Shown here in pieces: positions 48,341 through 57,643 of a stretch of 64,000 bases of DNA (its first letter is position 1; the number at the start of each line of letters is the position of its first letter). The notes beneath the pieces were generated by a model that was not told the DNA's origin, ran no database searches, and saw only the letters and a list, made by a program, of their open reading frames with translations. The position numbers were made by a program, and so were the translations under genes. The stretch comes from a virus. Taxonomy: Duplodnaviria > Caudoviricetes. Where the stretch lies: IMG/VR virus record IMGVR_UViG_2802429331_000008. One strand, 5' to 3'.

Positions 48341-48730
48341 TTACTCGCCGGAGTCGAGGTCGATGCCGAGGATGCGTGCGGCTTTTTCGCCGTCGATGTA
48401 CTTGTCGCCGAGCTGCAGCAACCCGGCTTCGCGGAGGAACCTTTCCTTTTGGGCGCGGCTGCGGAAGCAGATCGCGAACCAGTACTCGGAGTCGTTCATG
48501 GCGGCGAATTTGGCCGCCCAGTCCTTGCTGGCCCCGGATAGCCCCTTGCCGAGCGCGTTGAGCATCGCTTTCGTGTCGCCTTCGAGGCTACCGGTGGACT
48601 CGTCGCGGACGTTCGCGAGCGGATCAGGGTGCGGTTGCCTGTTCAAGGCGGCCGTGACTTCCTCGCGGGAGGCTTGCATTTTCGCTCTGCCCGCTTTCAG
48701 AGCGTTTCGAGCCTCATCGGACAGCGGCAT
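48341..48730 (-). CDS. phage protein of unknown function
   Basis: DSEYWFAICFRSRAQKERFL..GDKYIDG; overlaps the upstream enzyme gene. Confidence 0.75.
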   Translation of the reverse strand: MPLSDEARNALKAGRAKMQASREEVTAALNRQPHPDPLANVRDESTGSLEGDTKAMLNALGKGLSGASKDWAAKFAAMNDSEYWFAICFRSRAQKERFLREAGLLQLGDKYIDGEKAARILGIDLDSGE

Positions 48731-49427
48731 TCATCACCTCGGCGCGGAAGATCTCCAACTCTGCGAGTGGGAACCAGCGGAGAATTGTTTCGTAGTCGTC
48801 GGGATAGAAATCGCGGATCGGTCCGAGGTAGTCGTAGCGGATTCCGTCGAGGCTGCGGCCGAACATTTGATAATCCGGTCCCATGAGCCAGCCTTCACGC
48901 TTGATCCGAGCCCAGACTTCTTTCGTCGTCCAGTCCCATATCGGGGACTGGCGGCGGGTGCGGTTTTTCACCGGCCCCCACCGTTTGAACGCCATCATCC
49001 GCTGGGCGGAATCGGATGCTCGCACGCCATCAGCGATCCAGGTTCCTGGTGTGGCATATTCCTCCCGCATTAGAATGTCCCATTCTTCGCGGGTGGGTAC
49101 CCACAGGTTGGCGGCTTCGATGATGGCGCATCGGTCCGGTGGCTGGAATACGAAGGCGTCGAGCATCCGCCAGAACGCATCTGCTGGCAGGTCGATGATG
49201 CGGGTGTCGAACCGCTGCTCGTAGCGGTCGAGGTCGTCTCGGACGAACTTCAGTCCGGGGACGATGGACTTGTGTATCGGGATGACGTCGATGCCGTGGG
49301 CTTCGAGCTCGAACCAGAGGGCGACGGAGTCCTTGCCGCGGGAGAAGTTGAGAATCACCGGATGGTCGGCTGCGGCGAGGGTTTCCAGCATTTCGGTCGA
49401 CGACGGCATTCCGGGAATCGTGATCAC
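48714..49427 (-). CDS. PP-loop / PAPS-reductase-fold adenine nucleotide alpha hydrolase
   Basis: FSRGKDS PP-loop, DGVRASDSAQR, SPIWDW...VW; no Fe-S CC or ECGLH motif. Confidence 0.82.
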   Translation of the reverse strand: MITIPGMPSSTEMLETLAAADHPVILNFSRGKDSVALWFELEAHGIDVIPIHKSIVPGLKFVRDDLDRYEQRFDTRIIDLPADAFWRMLDAFVFQPPDRCAIIEAANLWVPTREEWDILMREEYATPGTWIADGVRASDSAQRMMAFKRWGPVKNRTRRQSPIWDWTTKEVWARIKREGWLMGPDYQMFGRSLDGIRYDYLGPIRDFYPDDYETILRWFPLAELEIFRAEVMNAAVR

Positions 49428-49485
49428 GAGGGTTCTCCGGTACCTGAATGCGTGATGCCGGCCAGTGGCGCTCTTGATCGTGGCG

Positions 49486-49855
49486 AGTTGTGCATAGGCA
49501 ATTGTCCTTCACTGTGCAGTGAAGCTTGCAGAGCCTCACTTCCCCACCATAGGGCACCTAGGGAAGGGTTAGAGTCCTGATTCCTGATGGTCCCATCTGG
49601 GTACTGAGAACCATCTACAGTACCCCCTGAATTTCCCTGTGAGCCTCTAGTTTCTTCTGAGGTTGAGGGAGTTTGGGTAAGTCATCTCAGGGGCTTGAAG
49701 ACTGATTCTGAGGGAATTTCAAGAAAGGAGTTACCAACCACTTGACAACCAAGGCTGTGTGTTGTGTGATGGTTGTGAGGGGGTTGAATACCTTCCTCAC
49801 CTTCAGCCACTTGGGTACCTGACTCTGACTGATTGCCAGGGTTGCCCCAACAATC
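49486..49855. promoter_or_regulatory. CpG-free divergent control region, with TTGACA-N17-TGTGAT promoter at 49742-49770 (+)
   Basis: About 50% GC, no CG dinucleotide; between divergent operons. Confidence 0.65.
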
Positions 49856-50048
49856 CGCCTAATGGCACGGCGTACTCATATTGTCTTCTGGGTGAATCCT
49901 TTCCCTCGGGGGATGTCGCACACAGCCTTACCCACTGCGTGGCCCCTGTATGTCCTTTGAGAACTCCACAGTGTGATTGCCAGAACAGAGGAATTCTGTT
50001 CTTCCATTCTGCGGCGAAATCCGTCGCAGTAGTTCACTGGGAGAAATC

Positions 50049-50861
50049 ATGTCCAACCGCAAGAAGTCCCGTGCCGTCGAGCCGAAGCCCGAAGCCGAAG
50101 CCGCCAAGCCGAACCCGTACTGCCAAACGTGCGGCACCCGGCTGGCTCCGGAAGAAGGCGACCCGTTCAAGGGGTCGGCCCTGCTGTACGACAACGACGA
50201 CTTCGCGAATCTAATGGGTGCACTGTTCCTTTCCGGCTGGTGCTACGAGGTTCTGCAGCGCACTGCCGACGACGGCCGCCCTCGAGTGGTCGTCATCGGA
50301 ACCCCAGTCGACGCAGGCGGAAACCGCCGCGACAACCGGCGGACTCTGTCGGCCACCTTCGAGCACATCCCCGGAACCGGCTGGGCCTGCATGGCCGAGA
50401 TGACTGGCTACTTCCACCAGACCACCGGCGCGCTCCAAAACCGGACGCCCGATCAGCTCGTCACCTACATCGGCAACAACACTGCCGAATGGGTGCTGGC
50501 ACCGATCGACGAACCGGAACCCGAGCCTGAGCAAAAGCCTAAGCGTAAGCGCGGCAAGACAATCAGCGAGCCCGAGCCCGAACCGGAGACCACCGTCAAC
50601 GGTGAGGACCAGGCGCAGCCGGTGATCGACCCTGAGTCGAAGGGTTTGCCCGCCGGATCCACTCCTCCCGAGACCGAACCGGCCCCCGAAACGGAGGCCG
50701 AGCCGGAAACCGAGCCCGAACCGCAACCCGAGCCTGAGCCGGAGGCGGCCGACCCCGAGGTCACCGCCGAAGACGAAGCCGAGGTCGACAGTGAGATCCA
50801 GGACCCGGATCTGCTCGGCGAAGAAGTGATCGAGGAAGCACCCGAGACCGTAATGGCCTGA
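50049..50861 (+). CDS. hypothetical protein with Glu-Pro repeat tail
   Basis: GGGAG RBS, CQTC motif, (EP)n repeats. Confidence 0.7.
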   Translation: MSNRKKSRAVEPKPEAEAAKPNPYCQTCGTRLAPEEGDPFKGSALLYDNDDFANLMGALFLSGWCYEVLQRTADDGRPRVVVIGTPVDAGGNRRDNRRTLSATFEHIPGTGWACMAEMTGYFHQTTGALQNRTPDQLVTYIGNNTAEWVLAPIDEPEPEPEQKPKRKRGKTISEPEPEPETTVNGEDQAQPVIDPESKGLPAGSTPPETEPAPETEAEPETEPEPQPEPEPEAADPEVTAEDEAEVDSEIQDPDLLGEEVIEEAPETVMA

Positions 50862-50945
50862 CACGTCGAGCCGGACCGAGACAGCTGGAATCTGCCTCGG
50901 TCCGGCCCTGGTCAGCCTAATCGCACCAACCAGAGAGCACGAGGA

Positions 50946-51677
50946 ATGGACAACACACAGGCAGACAACGGCGACGGCCTCGACAAGGACAAGCTCGCCG
51001 CACGAATCCGGAAACTGTTCAACCAAGCCAACGGCACCGACAACGAGGCCGAGGCGAAAACGTTCCGGGAGCGCGCATTCGAGCTGCTGGCCAAGTACGG
51101 CATGGCCGAAACCGACGTACAGACCGCAGGTCTGGGCGGCGGCGACGCGGGCCAGATCATCCGAATCCGCGTCAAGCTCCGCAGCCCGTACCGAGACCAG
51201 CGCATCCACCTGCTCGCCGGGATTGGTTACGCCCTGCACTCACGGGCCGTTCTCGAAGGTGACGGAGTGGTCGCCATCGTCGGCGTCCGGCGTCACGTCG
51301 AACGGATCAAATTCCTCAAGCCGTTGATCGAGTTGCAGATGATGAACGCCGCCGGGAACCACGTCCCCGACGATCCGTTCGACATCCGCGGCGTGCGAGA
51401 GGACCGCAAAGGCTTCATGCGCGGCTACGCCGACGAGGTCGCGGTCCGCATCGCCCAGACCGAACGCGAATCGGCGAAAGGCACCCCATACGAGGCGCTG
51501 CTCACCGAAGAGACCGCCCGAGTCGAGACCGCGTTCAAGAAGCTGTACCCGGTCACCGGCAAGTGGACAGCAGAACACGGGAACTCCGACGGCTACCGCG
51601 CCGGAGGAGCCCGCGCCCGCACCGCCGACATCGGACAGAACCGGATGGCCGGAGGCAGACAGCAACTAACTCGCTGA
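50946..51677 (+). CDS. DUF2786-domain protein
   Basis: RIRKLFNQA..EAKTFRERAFELLAKYG, GYRAGG..ADIG. Confidence 0.85.
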   Translation: MDNTQADNGDGLDKDKLAARIRKLFNQANGTDNEAEAKTFRERAFELLAKYGMAETDVQTAGLGGGDAGQIIRIRVKLRSPYRDQRIHLLAGIGYALHSRAVLEGDGVVAIVGVRRHVERIKFLKPLIELQMMNAAGNHVPDDPFDIRGVREDRKGFMRGYADEVAVRIAQTERESAKGTPYEALLTEETARVETAFKKLYPVTGKWTAEHGNSDGYRAGGARARTADIGQNRMAGGRQQLTR

Positions 51678-51681
51678 CACC

Positions 51682-51712
51682 ATGCCCCAGCTCGCTTCGC
51701 GGGCTGGGGCAT
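51682..51712 (+). terminator. intrinsic terminator
   Basis: ATGCCCCAGCTCGC-TTCG-CGGGCTGGGGCAT followed by TT. Confidence 0.7.
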
Positions 51713-51743
51713 TTCCACCCTCTTCCTAGCGTAAGGAGCACAC

Positions 51744-51944
51744 GTGCCCTCCACTCAGCCCATCGAATTTTCCGACAACGAAGACTCCCGATTGACCATC
51801 GTGGAACTCGACGAATGCCTGTATCTCCGAATCCGACCACCGGACGACGCAGATTCCGCTGGATTCGGCTACGACCTCGACGAAGACCAAGCCGAAACCG
51901 TCATGGCCGCCATCGCAGCATGGCTGAAACAGCGACGTGGCTGA
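51744..51944 (+). CDS. hypothetical protein
   Basis: TAAGGAG RBS. Confidence 0.6.
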   Translation: MPSTQPIEFSDNEDSRLTIVELDECLYLRIRPPDDADSAGFGYDLDEDQAETVMAAIAAWLKQRRG

Positions 51945-52128
51945 CCACCGATCACCGACCCGACTGGGGCCTGCCGGACATGCGCGGCAGCACCGCCACC
52001 CGTCGGCTGGGGCCGGGCCGGTGGGAAGTCGAAGTCCGCTGGCCCATCCGGCACTGACGAACGAAGCCAATCACCGAACCGTAGCTCAGCTCACCCGGCT
52101 GGTGCCCCCACCTCGATCGAGAAACGAT

Positions 52129-52359
52129 ATGGACCGCAAAGAAACACCTGACCAACTGCTCAACATTCTACGAGACGTGACCCGTACCTGCATTCGTGCC
52201 ACGACCGACGAGGACGAAGAGATCTACGTCGCCAGCAAAATTCCCGACTTGCTCTACACCATGTGGAAAGCGTTCCACGAGCTCGACAAGGCGCTGACCG
52301 TTGGCGAACCGCTCCCGGCAGCATGGCAGCGTGCTGGCCGAATTCCCCAGGCGCGCTGA
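52129..52359 (+). CDS. hypothetical protein
   Basis: FHELDKALTVGEPLPAAW; similar C-terminus to next gene. Confidence 0.6.
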   Translation: MDRKETPDQLLNILRDVTRTCIRATTDEDEEIYVASKIPDLLYTMWKAFHELDKALTVGEPLPAAWQRAGRIPQAR

Positions 52360-52580
52360 TGGATACCGACGACATGCTGCACAACCTACGCGTGTACGCC
52401 GAAGATGTGCTCCGCGAACACGATCAGCTGCTCGCAGCAAACGAACTACCTCAAGGCACGGCCGGGGCATTCGCTCGGCACGCCTACACACTCGCTCACG
52501 AATTCGCCGCCCTCGATATCGGACTCTGCGGCGGCAAGCCCATACCCCGAGCCTGGGGCAAAGCGCGAACATCCGAATAG
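52359..52580 (+). CDS. hypothetical protein
   Basis: FAALDIGLCGGKPIPRAW; TGATG coupling. Confidence 0.6.
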   Translation: MDTDDMLHNLRVYAEDVLREHDQLLAANELPQGTAGAFARHAYTLAHEFAALDIGLCGGKPIPRAWGKARTSE

Positions 52581-52979
52581 GAGAACCCAGCCGACCTCGA
52601 TCCCACGCGGGGAGATCGGCTGGGTTCCTCATTCCGGTCACACACACGGGGAAACTGCCGCGCTCAAGAAGAGGGTTGGCGGGCGCGCTGGCTGAGCGAA
52701 TCCCACCCCGCGTCGCGGCCGGTGAGGGGTTGCCGTGGTGACCGAGCCGCACACCCCCGGACCATCCGGGGCAGACTGCGGCGACGCCGAGAGCGTAACC
52801 CCCACTGTCGGACAACTGCATAGCCGACCGACAACCCCTCACCCGCGCGCACGCGCGCATCACCACCCATTCCCCAGGGAAAGACCGTGCGCCGCACCCA
52901 CAGTGGACTCGGTCTTCGCCGGTCCGTGTACATCACGGATCCAATCACCAACACACACGAGTAGGAAAGACACCTCAGC

Positions 52980-53243
52980 ATGAGTGACGACCTCGACCCC
53001 TTGATGAACGCGAGCCCCGCCGACTTGGCTCGAACCGCGTTCATGGGCATCCTGATGGCCGGTATGGTCGCCGTAGGGCCCGAGTTCAAAGCTCCGGAGC
53101 CATTGCCCGGACTCAAAGCCGCCATCGTCGAGGCAACCGCCGCCACCATCAAGCTCGCTGCGATGCTCGGTGCGTCGCAGGGCGAGCTGGAGGATGCAAT
53201 GAACAAGATCATCTGTAAATTCGTTGAAACCCAAGGGAAATGA
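52980..53243 (+). CDS. hypothetical protein
   Basis: 87-aa helical ORF with purine-rich RBS. Confidence 0.55.
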   Translation: MSDDLDPLMNASPADLARTAFMGILMAGMVAVGPEFKAPEPLPGLKAAIVEATAATIKLAAMLGASQGELEDAMNKIICKFVETQGK

Positions 53244-53309
53244 GGTCGGACAGCGGATTAGAACCGACGACGCGAGCAAGCAGTTCGGCGATCACGACAC
53301 CGGAATCGG

Positions 53310-53930
53310 CTACGCCGCTGCGGATGCGGCCGTGGCGCGGGCGCGCAGTGCGGCGCGATGGCAGGTGACGCACAGGCCGCGCGCCCCGTGGACTACGCAT
53401 TCGGGTTCCTGCTTGGCTTTGGCGCGGGTCGTGAGCGGCCGCTGACACCTGCCGCAATGCGAGGGCCGCGCGGCTGGGGAGGCATGGCCGCGCGCCCGAT
53501 AGACAGTGCTGTAGCAGCCGCGGCACAACCCGTGCGCCGCATGAGTTACCGCGTTCTTTCCAGCGAAGACGCGTTCGCAACGACGGCACGCCGAGTGGTC
53601 GTCTGGGACGGGTGTGCCGAGTAGGGCCAGCAACGCCACGCGGGTGGCATGGTCTCCGGAACAGGCGATCCCGGCCATGACGACACCGGCCGCGGGTTGC
53701 TGCTCGAGATCCCAGACGACGGTGCCGATCGTCAGTGCATCTCGCGCGCAAGCACGAAGACGCGGGCAGCGGGTTTTACAGGCGGCTATCGCTCGCTCGG
53801 TACGAGGCAGATGCTCCCAATTCGGAGCTTCGCCTGATTGGAGCCAGTCGATCGGGCGGTAAAAGCACGGTGGCTGCCGCGTTTCCTGATGAAACCCCAT
53901 ATCAGTGATTGTGCCGAGCGAGTCTGTCAC
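53310..53930 (-). CDS. WhiB-like regulator with C-terminal Cys/His repeats
   Basis: C..AACKTRCPRLRAC..GVVMAG; two CxxC..HxxxGLCxxC units. Confidence 0.7.
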   Translation of the reverse strand: MTDSLGTITDMGFHQETRQPPCFYRPIDWLQSGEAPNWEHLPRTERAIAACKTRCPRLRACARDALTIGTVVWDLEQQPAAGVVMAGIACSGDHATRVALLALLGTPVPDDHSACRRCERVFAGKNAVTHAAHGLCRGCYSTVYRARGHASPAARPSHCGRCQRPLTTRAKAKQEPECVVHGARGLCVTCHRAALRARATAASAAA

Positions 53931-54104
53931 CTGGCAAGAATTCGTCCTCGTCGGCCCCGGCGTGTGTGCCCCGTTTCACTCGCTGGGGTGCGGAATTCAA
54001 TATTCCACTTCATCGGCGGGTGTCCGTCGACTATTCACTATCGCATCCGGCGGGGAAAGATCATCGACACTGCCCGCGCGAAATACTGGCAGAGGAGTCC
54101 GACA

Positions 54105-54491
54105 TTGAGCGCTGAAACCGGGAAGATCTCGGATGGTTCGCACACGTTCGACGAACTGTACGAGTACCGGTGTCTCTACCACGCGTTCGCCGCCAACCGA
54201 TGGGCGCAGACCGGCGACTACGAGGTCCACCGCAGCCGTTGTCATCACGACGGCGAACCCTGCGGCGACGGCGAATGGTTCATCGTTGTCGCGGAAACCC
54301 CCGAAGGCCAGGTCAACAACCACTACCCCCTCAAACACTGGGACCGCTTCTACCGGGTACCCGAGCGAGACCGCGCCGCTGAATGGGACGGGCACACCCC
54401 GGCGCAGGCAGCCGAGCGGCTGGCGAAAATCCTCGCCGCCGAAGCCGCCGCCTACACAGCCCGCACCTGCGCTGCGGAGCAGAGGTCGTGA
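54105..54491 (+). CDS. phage protein with WDGH motif
   Basis: ISDGSHTFDELYEYR..HHDG..WDGHT. Confidence 0.75.
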   Translation: MSAETGKISDGSHTFDELYEYRCLYHAFAANRWAQTGDYEVHRSRCHHDGEPCGDGEWFIVVAETPEGQVNNHYPLKHWDRFYRVPERDRAAEWDGHTPAQAAERLAKILAAEAAAYTARTCAAEQRS

Positions 54492-55252
54492 GCGACAACG
54501 CGGGCGAGCCGCTGGTGTTCCTGGACGACGCCCAGCGCATCGAGGTGATGGTTCAGCTGGAGCGGATTCCGGCTCTCCTCCAGGAGCTGGACATCACGCT
54601 GACACGCCGGGCACGCTTCACACTGCCCGGTCAGGCCGGAAATCCCGCACGGGCAGGGCAGCATTTGCCGTTCCGTCTCGACGCCTCGCGCGCGATCGAC
54701 GACCTCGATGTCGTGCTGCGCGTGTACACACACCGGCTCGCCAGTCATCTCAGCGGCACTTGGCCGCCCGAGGACACTGCCGATCGGGCGCGCTGGCTAC
54801 AACAGGTGCTCCCCGACATCGCAGCCACCGTGCCCGCATTGGACGGGTTCGCCCAGGCTGTCACTACCGCCTACCAGCAGGCGATGCAGGTGATCGACCG
54901 GCCACCGGACCGGCTGCACCTCGGCACATGCGAAGGCTGCGGCGTCGGCCTGGACTGCGCACCCGGCGACGACATCGCCGAATGCCGGTGCGGTCTCCGA
55001 GTGCCGGTCGCGTCGCGGCGTGCAGAGCTGCTGCGCAGAGCGCATGGCAGGCACGGCAGCGCGGACTACTGGGCGCGGACGCTGCCCTGGTTCGCCGGAA
55101 TCCAGATCACCGCCGCTGCGGTGGCGAAAGCCGGACAGCGAGGCAAGCTCGCTCGCTACAAGGTCGGCGGCCGATTCGTATACAAGCTCGGTGACATCCT
55201 GGACTGGCACGCCGCCCGACTGGCTCGGCTGGCCGGGACAGTCGATGGCTAG
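54488..55252 (+). CDS. zinc-ribbon/HTH DNA-binding protein (possible late regulator)
   Basis: VIDRPP..LGTC..C..C.C, YKLGDIL C-terminal wing. Confidence 0.7.
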   Translation: MSDNAGEPLVFLDDAQRIEVMVQLERIPALLQELDITLTRRARFTLPGQAGNPARAGQHLPFRLDASRAIDDLDVVLRVYTHRLASHLSGTWPPEDTADRARWLQQVLPDIAATVPALDGFAQAVTTAYQQAMQVIDRPPDRLHLGTCEGCGVGLDCAPGDDIAECRCGLRVPVASRRAELLRRAHGRHGSADYWARTLPWFAGIQITAAAVAKAGQRGKLARYKVGGRFVYKLGDILDWHAARLARLAGTVDG

Positions 55253-55409
55253 CCCGATCGCCGTCGCATACGCGGACTGCATCGACGTGCCCTGCCCGGA
55301 ATGCCAAGCCCCGCAGAGGCAATGGTGCATGAACCCCATCAACCAACGTCCAAAAGCCATCGCGTGTCTCGCCCGCTACAAAGCGGCCGAAACACCCCGA
55401 CCGCACTGA
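55245..55409 (+). CDS. small zinc-finger protein
   Basis: CPECQAP..WC..CLAR. Confidence 0.65.
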   Translation: MASPIAVAYADCIDVPCPECQAPQRQWCMNPINQRPKAIACLARYKAAETPRPH

Positions 55410-55791
55410 ATAATCGAACTACCCACCTCCGTAGCGATTTCCGACCTCGGGATGTATTTCGGGAATGGATTGCATAAGTAAATTCCCTGTGTAAGATCAC
55501 AGATGACCGGAAACGGAGTGGACGCCAACACTCACCGGTCATATCGAGAAGAAACCACGCAAGCACCGGGATTCCGGGAAACGTACAGCACGCGCATTTC
55601 CGGTATGCGATCTGCGCCATTCCGATGGTATTGCCGATCGAAACCGGGATATTCGAGCGACAGCGCCATCCGGTCGCAAATAGGCGACGTGAATCTCGGG
55701 TGACAATCGAATGAGAGGCCAACTGCATGAAAAAGGCGCTCAAACCTGACGATTTGTTGATCCTGCATGACGCAGGAAAGAAGCGGCAGAA

Positions 55792-56124
55792 ATGACCAAG
55801 AACAATAACGTCCACACCGAACTCGTCGCCGAGGTCGAGAAACACAACACCGACGACCTCATCGAAACCCTCGGATTCTTCAACCGTTGGGGAAACCTGA
55901 CCAACGCTCAGCGCCTGGCCCGCAGCATCCTGCATCGACTCGGCGTGCTGTGGGAAGCAGACGATGTCGCCTACGCCGTCATAGTCCCCACCCTCCGGGC
56001 ACGCCACCCCGAGATCAACGCCGCATACAAAGCATGGAAGGGGGATAGCTCGACCCGAACCGCTGAAGAAGTAGTAATCGCTGCCGCTCGCGAACTCCCG
56101 ACCGAACAGCGGCGGCGCCGGTGA
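55792..56124 (+). CDS. hypothetical protein
   Basis: 110-aa ORF coupled to GNAT gene. Confidence 0.55.
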   Translation: MTKNNNVHTELVAEVEKHNTDDLIETLGFFNRWGNLTNAQRLARSILHRLGVLWEADDVAYAVIVPTLRARHPEINAAYKAWKGDSSTRTAEEVVIAAARELPTEQRRRR

Positions 56125-56480
56125 GCGAACGCATGATGACGCCCGGATATCGATCGACGGTCTTCAGCTTCGAATCGAAGGCTCGCCAGTACGCATTCCG
56201 CGATACACCGGGCATCAACTACGAACGGCATGCCGAAGGCCCACTTGGTGCACACACTGTGATCGATTGCCTGCTGTGGCGGGATGAGGCCGGACTGCTG
56301 CGCGGCATCCTCAACTACTATCCGACCGACAGCCGATGGGAGCGGCAGGGTGCCGTGAACGTCTTCGTCGACCCGGACTGTAGGCGGAGAGGAATAGCAG
56401 CCGCACTCATTGTGGAAGCGCTGGCGCGCTGGCCGATTGATCTACAGCAGCAGAGATACAGCGCCGCAGGATGGCGCTGA
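56121..56480 (+). CDS. GNAT-family acetyltransferase
   Basis: VFVDPDCRRRGIAAALI acetyl-CoA motif. Confidence 0.75.
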   Translation: MSERMMTPGYRSTVFSFESKARQYAFRDTPGINYERHAEGPLGAHTVIDCLLWRDEAGLLRGILNYYPTDSRWERQGAVNVFVDPDCRRRGIAAALIVEALARWPIDLQQQRYSAAGWR

Positions 56481-56580
56481 GGGACAAGCTGGAACGGAGG
56501 AATCCCAACGCGCTATAACTATGCCACGCAGACGGTTACCTATGGATCGAGTCGCTCGATGCCAGCACGTCCAGTAAGAC

Positions 56581-56620
56581 AACTGGTTGCGCCTCAAGAC
56601 AAGTCGAGGCGCAACCGGTT
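56581..56620. terminator. hairpin between convergent genes
   Basis: AACTGGTTGCGCCTC-N10-GAGGCGCAACCGGTT. Confidence 0.7.
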
Positions 56621-57643
56621 TCAGGATTCGAACCAGCCAGTTCGGCGTTTGTATTCGTAGTATTCGTCAGGCTCCGTCCAATCTTCCGGCTGATACGGGT
56701 TGGTGGGCTGCGACGAGGTTGGCCGCGAACTGGCTGGTTCGCTGACCGCGATCGGGAATGCCGAATACCTTTGTGGCTGTGGAGGAATGTTGGGCGTTGT
56801 CGGAGCATTGACCGTCGGTGGTGCCCACTGGTCATCTGGTCCTGGTGCCTGTAGCGACTTCGGAGTGGCGGGTGGTGCGGGCGGAGGGCTGTTCACCGCT
56901 TGCCGGTAGGTGGTGGAGATGAGTTCGGCGAGTCCAGCTGGCCCGCGGGCGAATGCGACTGGGTCGATCCTCAGCGATTGCAGATGTCCCTGCGAATCGA
57001 CCGACACAGCAACGCCGTCTATCTGTACGGTGCGGCCTGACATGGATTGGTCAGTAACAGTATTCGATTGAGCAGGGGTATTCCTGTGCGAGGCTGCTGT
57101 GGCGGATTGGTGTATCGCCAGCGCGTCGGCGATCAATTGTCCGGCGTGGCTGGTGTCAGCGCGTGTTGTGACGGTCAACTGGATCAGGTATCGATCCGCG
57201 TCTGTTCCGGTGATGATGTAGCGGGTGTCGGCCCAGAAGGTGAGTGTTTCGATGGTGTAGGTGCCGACGATCGCTGCGGACGGGTAGCCGTTGTAATCGC
57301 TTGTGTGGGCGCTGATTTCGTTCCAGCCGGGCATCCGGCGTGAGTCGGTGAACGCGCACCGCAACAGCGCGACGGTGTCTACCGGGCCGGAGAGTCGGCC
57401 GACGGCGACGACGGCGTTGTCGGCCCACTCTGCGGTGGGTGCGTCGGGTGGTAGTGCCCACACGCCGTAGGTGTGAGGCAGAACGTCTCGGGCGACTTTG
57501 CGCCAGCCGGGGGCGACGGCGAGGGAAACCACAGGGGCGCCGGGGGTTTCGGGTTGGACGGGTGTGCAGTCGACACCGACCGCGGACAGGTATTCGGTCA
57601 CGCTCGGCAGGGGGTGCGCCGAGGTGCCGGTCGAGGTGGTCAT
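56621..57643 (-). CDS. LpqN/LpqT-like domain fused to YbaB/EbfC(EspL)-like domain
   Basis: P.V.L...PGW, NAVV.VGRL.G, YLIQLTVT; VSVDSQGHLQSLRIDP..LAELI. Confidence 0.65.
   Translation of the reverse strand: MTTSTGTSAHPLPSVTEYLSAVGVDCTPVQPETPGAPVVSLAVAPGWRKVARDVLPHTYGVWALPPDAPTAEWADNAVVAVGRLSGPVDTVALLRCAFTDSRRMPGWNEISAHTSDYNGYPSAAIVGTYTIETLTFWADTRYIITGTDADRYLIQLTVTTRADTSHAGQLIADALAIHQSATAASHRNTPAQSNTVTDQSMSGRTVQIDGVAVSVDSQGHLQSLRIDPVAFARGPAGLAELISTTYRQAVNSPPPAPPATPKSLQAPGPDDQWAPPTVNAPTTPNIPPQPQRYSAFPIAVSEPASSRPTSSQPTNPYQPEDWTEPDEYYEYKRRTGWFES

Noticed and set aside
48714-49427. cysH sulfate-assimilation auxiliary gene
   Set aside because: Lacks the catalytic ECGLH Cys and Fe-S motifs; no cys genes nearby
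50510-50750. GAGCCCGAA-like tandem repeats
   Set aside because: They encode a Glu-Pro linker; not an independent repeat element
55410-55790. Lower-GC intergenic stretch with TTCCG/CGGAA words
   Set aside because: No regular repeat, convincing ORF or fold visible; probably a promoter region
56619-56634. TCAGGATTCGAACC, resembling a reverse tRNA T-arm / attR
   Set aside because: It is the end of the 56621-57643 ORF (WFES*) and does not match the tRNA-Ala 3' end
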